41,312 bases of DNA from Myxococcota bacterium (lineage in GTDB: Bacteria; Myxococcota; UBA4151). The stretch is from assembly GCA_040260805.1 (NCBI GenBank), contig JBDQPD010000020.1, forward strand, positions 1 through 41,312, in the 5' to 3' direction. Made by a program: the position numbers and the translations under genes. The notes beneath the pieces were generated by a model. That model did no database searches and had not been told where the DNA came from. It saw only the letters and a program-made list of their open reading frames with translations. This document shows, piece after piece, positions 36,381 to 41,312 of the stretch. Position 1 is the stretch's first letter, and the number at the start of each line of letters is the position of its first letter.

Positions 36381-36947
36381 TCAGAACGCTAAGATGCCAC
36401 GCGGCGCCTCAACGACGACCAAAAATGGCCGCACAGCTTGGGCGCCACGGCAGTGATGGAGGCAAACCGATCGATACAATGCCGCCTCTTCAGAGCGGAC
36501 TGGAGATGGAGGGCGGAACGTCAGCTCACTCGACTCACCTGCCTTCAACCGCCTCTTCAACCCCAGTCCAGGGACAAAGAACTCGGTGTCGTGAAGACCG
36601 GCTTTGAGCGTGAGACGAACATCTCGCCCACCGCGCAGCCTGAGATCTCTAGCCTGTCGCTCTTGTCGGCCGCTGGCAGCGAAAGACCATACGCCTTCTT
36701 TACAGGCTGCAATCACTTCGAGCGCTGGATGATCATTCGGTGCGTGCATCTTGATCGCACGCCACCCGTAAAAGCCTAGCGCTAAACCAAAGACGAGCAA
36801 AAGCGAGAGCATAGGCAACCAGACTTTACGTCGATAGCTCATTTGAGCGCCATCACGGTATTGGTCTTCCCAGAGCGCTCGCAGGGCTCCGAGCAACGCA
36901 ATCAACAGCGCAGCAACACACAAACTAGCGATCAAGCCCGCAATCAT
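36381..36947 (-). CDS. Cytochrome c oxidase subunit II-like protein (2 TM plus cupredoxin) with degenerate CuA motif
   Basis: Two TMs; GRDVRLTLKA...FFVPGLGLK...G...LTF.P...YRSVCLHHC...PFLVVVE aligns by eye with the CoxII periplasmic domain. Confidence 0.72.
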   Translation of the reverse strand: MIAGLIASLCVAALLIALLGALRALWEDQYRDGAQMSYRRKVWLPMLSLLLVFGLALGFYGWRAIKMHAPNDHPALEVIAACKEGVWSFAASGRQERQARDLRLRGGRDVRLTLKAGLHDTEFFVPGLGLKRRLKAGESSELTFRPPSPVRSEEAALYRSVCLHHCRGAQAVRPFLVVVEAPRGILAF

Positions 36948-37645
36948 GTTTGGTCCTTAGCGCGTCCTCGCCGCACCCCGGCATAAACCCAGATGCCGAA
37001 AAGGGCGAACGCCAAACCAAACCAAGTGCCTGCATACTCGCGATGCGGTCGACGGATCGTGAACCCGTAAAAACCTCGCCGAGGTAAATCCTTAGTAAAC
37101 GCCTCGCCCCGGGCGATCTTTTGACCTTCAATCACCACCCGCCCTATGCCTGGGTTCAGATTGTAGTGAGCCAAGGTGGCGTAGCCATCCAGGCTGCGAA
37201 ACTCATCATCTTGTAGATGAGCGGCTAAATCCCCAGAACCGTTGCGTAACAGGCCACTGATGACCTGCTCACCCTTGGGAGGTTTCCAGCCTCGGTCTTG
37301 CTCTGGGACCCATCCTCTCATCACCACGAGGTGGGTTCCGTCGAGTAGACGAAAGGGAGCTGCGAGCCAAACACCAAGCTGACTGTCAATGTACTTGTTG
37401 ATCACACGCCCTTGTTGTCCGGTGTATGAACCCGTCAAGGCGACCCGACGCCAAGGCGACACCGCATCGAGCTCCAGAAGAGACTTAACGGCTTGAGGTT
37501 GGCGATTGATCTCTCGATCAAAGTCGGCCTTTTGGGCGCTCATTTGTTGCCAGCGATCGATCTGCCAAAACCCCAAGGCGCATAGACCCCAGCCCACCGC
37601 AACCAGGCCTAATGTTGACCATACGGAAGGACGGAAACTCCTCAT
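36944..37645 (-). CDS. SURF1-family cytochrome oxidase assembly protein
   Basis: LGFWQIDR, WRRVALTGSY, VVMRGWVP, HREYAGTWFGLA. Confidence 0.92.
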   Translation of the reverse strand: MRSFRPSVWSTLGLVAVGWGLCALGFWQIDRWQQMSAQKADFDREINRQPQAVKSLLELDAVSPWRRVALTGSYTGQQGRVINKYIDSQLGVWLAAPFRLLDGTHLVVMRGWVPEQDRGWKPPKGEQVISGLLRNGSGDLAAHLQDDEFRSLDGYATLAHYNLNPGIGRVVIEGQKIARGEAFTKDLPRRGFYGFTIRRPHREYAGTWFGLAFALFGIWVYAGVRRGRAKDQT

Positions 37646-38961
37646 TTAGGTTCTAGAGCCTGGGTCAATTGTGCGGGCAACTCGCCCCCACTGAGCGTTT
37701 CGAGAAAGCTCTTGAGATCAGCGAGTTCAGCGGGCTTCAAATGCAGCGGTTTCAAAAACAACTCCCTGTGCCCTAGCTGCACGGTACCCGGCATCGTGTT
37801 GTAGAAATTGAGCACCTCTTCGAGCGTATTAAACTCGCCGCTGTGCATATAGGGCGCCGTTTTTGAGACCTCGCGCAATGAGGGAGTTTTGAAGGCTCCG
37901 ATAAAGTCTTCATAATCCGGATTGAGATGACGCAGTTTCCGACATTCCTTTTGCTGGCTGTTGGGACCACCACATCGAAACTCAGACTTGAGCACCTCAC
38001 GAGCTCCGAAAGCCCTACCCGACTCAGGTCCACAGGCTTCGCTCTTGCACGCTCTAAATCCTAAGGTCGAAGGCAGGGCAAGATTATGGAAGCTGTCGTC
38101 CGTCATTAACGGTCCGCTGTGGCATAAGACGCACTTTGCTTTGCCAACAAAGAGATTCAAGCCACGCACGGCGTTTGGGCTGAGCACACGCCCCCCCGTC
38201 AAGTCCCCAGCTTTTCGTTTCGCGACGTACTCATCAATCGGAGCCTTCGTGGGCAGCAAGAGTCGTTGGTAGGCCTCGAGGGCGAAGCCGACGTGTACGA
38301 GGACTTGAGTCACTTGTTTTTGCTGCTTAGCCGGGATCTTCGCCCACTCGGCTCGAGCCGACTCATCGCCCCGCGGCGTTGCGCTATCGTCGATCTGCTC
38401 AAACAAGGTCAGATCAGGCAAAGAGCCAAAGGTGTCTTGGTATCGCTCGGCATGGACGGCTGCAATTCGACGCATCACCGCTACTCGAGTGAAGTTGTGC
38501 TCATTACTGGTCTCGAGCGGGCCGAGGGCTTGTGCCCATTGACTGTCTCGGCGCCCATCCCAAAACCACCAGCGATTAAACTGAGCACCGATCAGACTTG
38601 GAGTGTTTCGGTCGTCAAGGCCAACGCCCATAGCCACCGGCAAACCATCCGTAAACGCAAGCTCTGGCCGATGGCAGGTTGCGCAGCTCACTTTTCCGGT
38701 GCTGCTGAGGCCTTGATCAAAGAAAATAGCCTGACCCAACGCAGCCGCCTTTGGATCCGATGCGAAGGGGTTATCCGGCGAAGCTGGAACCTCAGGCAAG
38801 GGCGACATCGCGCTGATCAGCGCCAAATCACCTGCTGACTTTCGCTCGCGGTCCTTAGCCCCTAAATCCGGCTTGAGCACGATCAGCGCGATCAGCCCGA
38901 TAGCGATCAGCGGAACACCTACCCAAGACGGGACCGGGGGCTTTGGCCTATCAGAACTCAT
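37642..38961 (-). CDS. Membrane-anchored diheme cytochrome c peroxidase/MauG-superfamily protein
   Basis: N-terminal TM; LGQAIFFD.GLS, CATCH, RNTPSL, FWDGRRDS, CVLCH, FHNL, FKTPSLREV..TAPYMHSG. Confidence 0.92.
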   Translation of the reverse strand: MSSDRPKPPVPSWVGVPLIAIGLIALIVLKPDLGAKDRERKSAGDLALISAMSPLPEVPASPDNPFASDPKAAALGQAIFFDQGLSSTGKVSCATCHRPELAFTDGLPVAMGVGLDDRNTPSLIGAQFNRWWFWDGRRDSQWAQALGPLETSNEHNFTRVAVMRRIAAVHAERYQDTFGSLPDLTLFEQIDDSATPRGDESARAEWAKIPAKQQKQVTQVLVHVGFALEAYQRLLLPTKAPIDEYVAKRKAGDLTGGRVLSPNAVRGLNLFVGKAKCVLCHSGPLMTDDSFHNLALPSTLGFRACKSEACGPESGRAFGAREVLKSEFRCGGPNSQQKECRKLRHLNPDYEDFIGAFKTPSLREVSKTAPYMHSGEFNTLEEVLNFYNTMPGTVQLGHRELFLKPLHLKPAELADLKSFLETLSGGELPAQLTQALEPK

Positions 38962-40288
38962 AACGAGCTTCGCCGCGGTCGCTCGTTTCACCCACCTCTA
39001 CGCTGACCGTGAACAACCATGAACCCGGCATGTGCAATCGAAACCCATCGACTCGAAAGACGCCATCTTCCGCCTGACAAATGCCCTTAGCGTCGCACTT
39101 GGAGCCTGCGGCAGGCTTAGGCTGAGTCATCATACCGTGCCCATGCTCTGGCATGGTCGCATCGACCGTGACTTTCGCTCGCTCAACCACTGCGCCCGCT
39201 TTGTCGGTGATCCGAATCGGCAACACGAACATGGTGCTCATGTTCATCGGTTCGGGGATCAAAAGTTGAGCCTGAAAATGACTCTTGTCGGTCTGAATCA
39301 TGACCCCCTCCTTGACGACCGGCGCAACGGGCGCCGAGGGAGGCTCCTTCGAGCAGCCTTGTAGGAAGAGCGAGCCGATGAGCAGCAAGCCGACGCTGAT
39401 GACTTTACGCTCGCGTCGATCTTGTTTCCACCACAGCGTAAAGGCGCGCCCGGCAAGAAACCACAACACCAAGCCAGCAGGAAGCCACATCATCAACCCC
39501 CCCAAACGCTGATCGCCGCCCGGTGTCAGTCCCCACACCCGAGGCGCAGCTGCGTAAAAGGTATACAAGACATCTTCTTTGACGGTGATCACTGCACCCA
39601 GCGCTTTCATCGGAAAGCTCATCGCCAAGAGGTAGATGAGCTGGGCGCCCCAGCTTAGCGGTGGCATCACCTCAGAGCGGCTCAAAATAGGCCACCAGAC
39701 CAGCATCGCTGCAGCCATGAACATGAGATGCTCAAGAATGTGGATGTTGTGGTCGATCATCGTCGCGTTGTAGGCGCTCGGGAGGTGAAATGCGATCATC
39801 ACCCCATTGTAGATCAGGAACGCCCAGACGGGCTTAACCGCCCAGCGAAACACGGACCCGAGCAGGGGCACGCGAAGAACCTGATCCCAAGCCCAGCCAG
39901 GAATTCCGGCCAGCATCAACAAAGGCGTGATCAAGGTGATGATCAGATGCTGAAACATATGCACGGAGAAGAGGTAATTATCAGCAAGGTGGTGGACTGG
40001 ACCGTCTAAGCTGAGCTCGAGCAAAATAATGCTGCTTGCGAAGAAGCCCTTCTCCCATTTGGTCGCCTCTGGACCTAAGCCCCAACGTCGTCGAGCAGGG
40101 CCGATCAACCAAACATAAAAGAGGCTCAAGATCGCCAGACCGATCGAGATGCTCGGGTGAAAGTCCCACACAAACCAATCCCACCCGGTAATGACCTCGG
40201 TGTTGGTTTGTCCTGAGGCGATCAAGTCTTGATGCAAGCGCCTTGCTTCGACCACGTGAGCGAGCAAAACGGACGATGGCGAGATCAC
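38951..40288 (-). CDS. ctaG: Caa3_CtaG-type cytochrome c oxidase assembly factor fused to a YtkA/FixH-like domain
   Basis: YLFSVHMFQH, FHLPSAY, HILEH, WWPIL, DQRLGGLMMW (CtaG); then VDATMPEHGHGM...G.F.V....HMPGSW (YtkA-like). GTG start after GGAG. Confidence 0.85.
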   Translation of the reverse strand: MISPSSVLLAHVVEARRLHQDLIASGQTNTEVITGWDWFVWDFHPSISIGLAILSLFYVWLIGPARRRWGLGPEATKWEKGFFASSIILLELSLDGPVHHLADNYLFSVHMFQHLIITLITPLLMLAGIPGWAWDQVLRVPLLGSVFRWAVKPVWAFLIYNGVMIAFHLPSAYNATMIDHNIHILEHLMFMAAAMLVWWPILSRSEVMPPLSWGAQLIYLLAMSFPMKALGAVITVKEDVLYTFYAAAPRVWGLTPGGDQRLGGLMMWLPAGLVLWFLAGRAFTLWWKQDRRERKVISVGLLLIGSLFLQGCSKEPPSAPVAPVVKEGVMIQTDKSHFQAQLLIPEPMNMSTMFVLPIRITDKAGAVVERAKVTVDATMPEHGHGMMTQPKPAAGSKCDAKGICQAEDGVFRVDGFRLHMPGSWLFTVSVEVGETSDRGEARYEF

Positions 40289-40362
40289 AATATGCTCCGA
40301 GGCATCTAGGTTACTTGCGTCCTACCCTTGGTGAGAGCTGCTTTCAACGAAAGCCGACATGC

Positions 40363-40400
40363 AAAAAATCAAAGACCCCAAGGAGCCCTTGAGGTCTTTG
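40363..40400 (-). terminator. Rho-independent terminator after the coxIV gene
   Basis: Minus-strand RNA CAAAGACCUCAAGG-GCU-CCUUGGGGUCUUUG followed by AUUUUUU: 14-bp stem with one U-G pair, 26 nt after the stop at 40427. Confidence 0.85.
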
Positions 40401-40426
40401 GTAAAAGAAAGCGAGCATCTGGCTCT

Positions 40427-41113
40427 CTACTTCTTGTAGGTTACCTTGATGTAGTCGAAGACATTTTTAATCTCCGTCTCGCTCAAAACGCCCCGCTGAG
40501 CGGGCATTGCGCCGATCTTTCCGACGACACCGTTGGTGATGTTATCGATCAGATGGGCGTCGCCTTCAGCCCAGATTTCAGGGTCGCCAAGGTTCGCCGC
40601 CAGGATGTTACCGCCCAGCTCACCCGAACCATTTTTCTGATGGCAGGCGACACAAACCATATTGTAAATCTGCTCACCACCGCGCTCGACCTTGGTGGCG
40701 GCGCGAGCTGCTGCCATCTCGGGCGGCAGCGGGCGGATCAGGTTGGTGCCCGGCGGTAACATCGCCGTGTCGTTCAACCGACCCATATCCGGTGCTGAAC
40801 CCGGAAGCGCTTTGAGGACGGCGATCACCACCATCACGCAGGTGAAGGCGAGGCATAAGACGCCAATGAACAAACGCCTAAAGATGGGTTCATCGAACTT
40901 GAGGTGCATGTAGTAAAACACCACCGCAAAGAACTTACCGGCCGACATGATGATCAAGATCGGCTTGAGCCAACCTGATTTATCAAGCGCCTCCGAATAG
41001 AAGATCATCCCTGGCAACGCCTGCCACTCGACAAAAGTCACTGCAGCCAAGATGATGATGAGCACGGTGTACAGTTTGAACGAACCGTGCGCTGCGTGGT
41101 CTTGACCGCTCAT
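40427..41113 (-). CDS. Cytochrome c oxidase subunit IV-family protein fused to a C-terminal monoheme cytochrome c
   Basis: Three TMs with LAAVTFVE and KFFAVVFYYMHLKFD (COX4_pro); then GEQIYNMVCVACH...GAMPAQ...LSETEIKNVFDYI. Confidence 0.9.
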   Translation of the reverse strand: MSGQDHAAHGSFKLYTVLIIILAAVTFVEWQALPGMIFYSEALDKSGWLKPILIIMSAGKFFAVVFYYMHLKFDEPIFRRLFIGVLCLAFTCVMVVIAVLKALPGSAPDMGRLNDTAMLPPGTNLIRPLPPEMAAARAATKVERGGEQIYNMVCVACHQKNGSGELGGNILAANLGDPEIWAEGDAHLIDNITNGVVGKIGAMPAQRGVLSETEIKNVFDYIKVTYKK

Positions 41114-41312
41114 TGCACGAACTCCACCAAGTAGACGATCGTGAAGATCACGATCCAGACGACATCGACGAAGTGCCAGTACAGACCGACGATCTCGAGC
41201 TTCTCCGACTGTGCTGGTCCGAGCTTGCCCCGCATCGACATGACGTACATGGACAGCAGCATCATGATGCCGACCGAGACGTGCACGCCGTGGAAGCCGG
41301 TGAGGGTGAAGA
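41110..41312 (-). CDS. coxC: Cytochrome c oxidase subunit III, C-terminal part (5'-truncated by window edge; not in ORF track)
   Basis: My translation from 41310: FTLTGFHGVHVSVG...LEIVGLYWHFVDVVWIVIFTIVYLVEFVQ-stop; ATGA overlap with coxIV. Confidence 0.96.
   Translation of the reverse strand, partial: FTLTGFHGVHVSVGIMMLLSMYVMSMRGKLGPAQSEKLEIVGLYWHFVDVVWIVIFTIVYLVEFVQ

Overview
Gene-dense, GC-rich bacterial chromosomal window. The protein styles (cysteine-repeat IgGFc-type lipoproteins, TRASH-ParA, PilZ, caa3-type cox cluster) suggest a Myxococcota/deltaproteobacterium-like organism, which is an inference. In order: a 5'-truncated histidine kinase and an NtrC-type regulator with a degenerate AAA+ core; a predicted outer-membrane beta-barrel; a tandem cNMP-domain protein; a long minus-strand housekeeping run (PilZ, Rsm22-like, thrS, infC, rpmI, rplT, pheS, pheT, ihfA, merR-like, purA, zinc-finger ParA, RHH partner); a double zinc-ribbon protein; two tandem paralogous Cys-rich IgGFc-binding-domain lipoproteins directly downstream of a TPAT-type TRAP transporter (tatT-dctP-dctQ-dctM); an HMA-fused metal permease coupled to an ABC-2 exporter; an O-methyltransferase, an Ate/Bpt aminoacyl-transferase, a lipoprotein alpha/beta-hydrolase and map; and the 3' end of a cytochrome c oxidase locus (coxIII partial, CoxIV-cytochrome c fusion, terminator) followed by an unusual assembly operon (CtaG-YtkA fusion, MauG-like diheme protein, SURF1, degenerate CoxII-like protein). 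I saw no rRNA, tRNA, CRISPR array or mobile element. The best candidates for undescribed systems are the cox-assembly operon, the TRASH-ParA/RHH pair, the TPAT plus adhesin-like lipoprotein locus and the pseudo-ATPase enhancer-binding protein. All family assignments come from motif recognition by eye, not from database searches.
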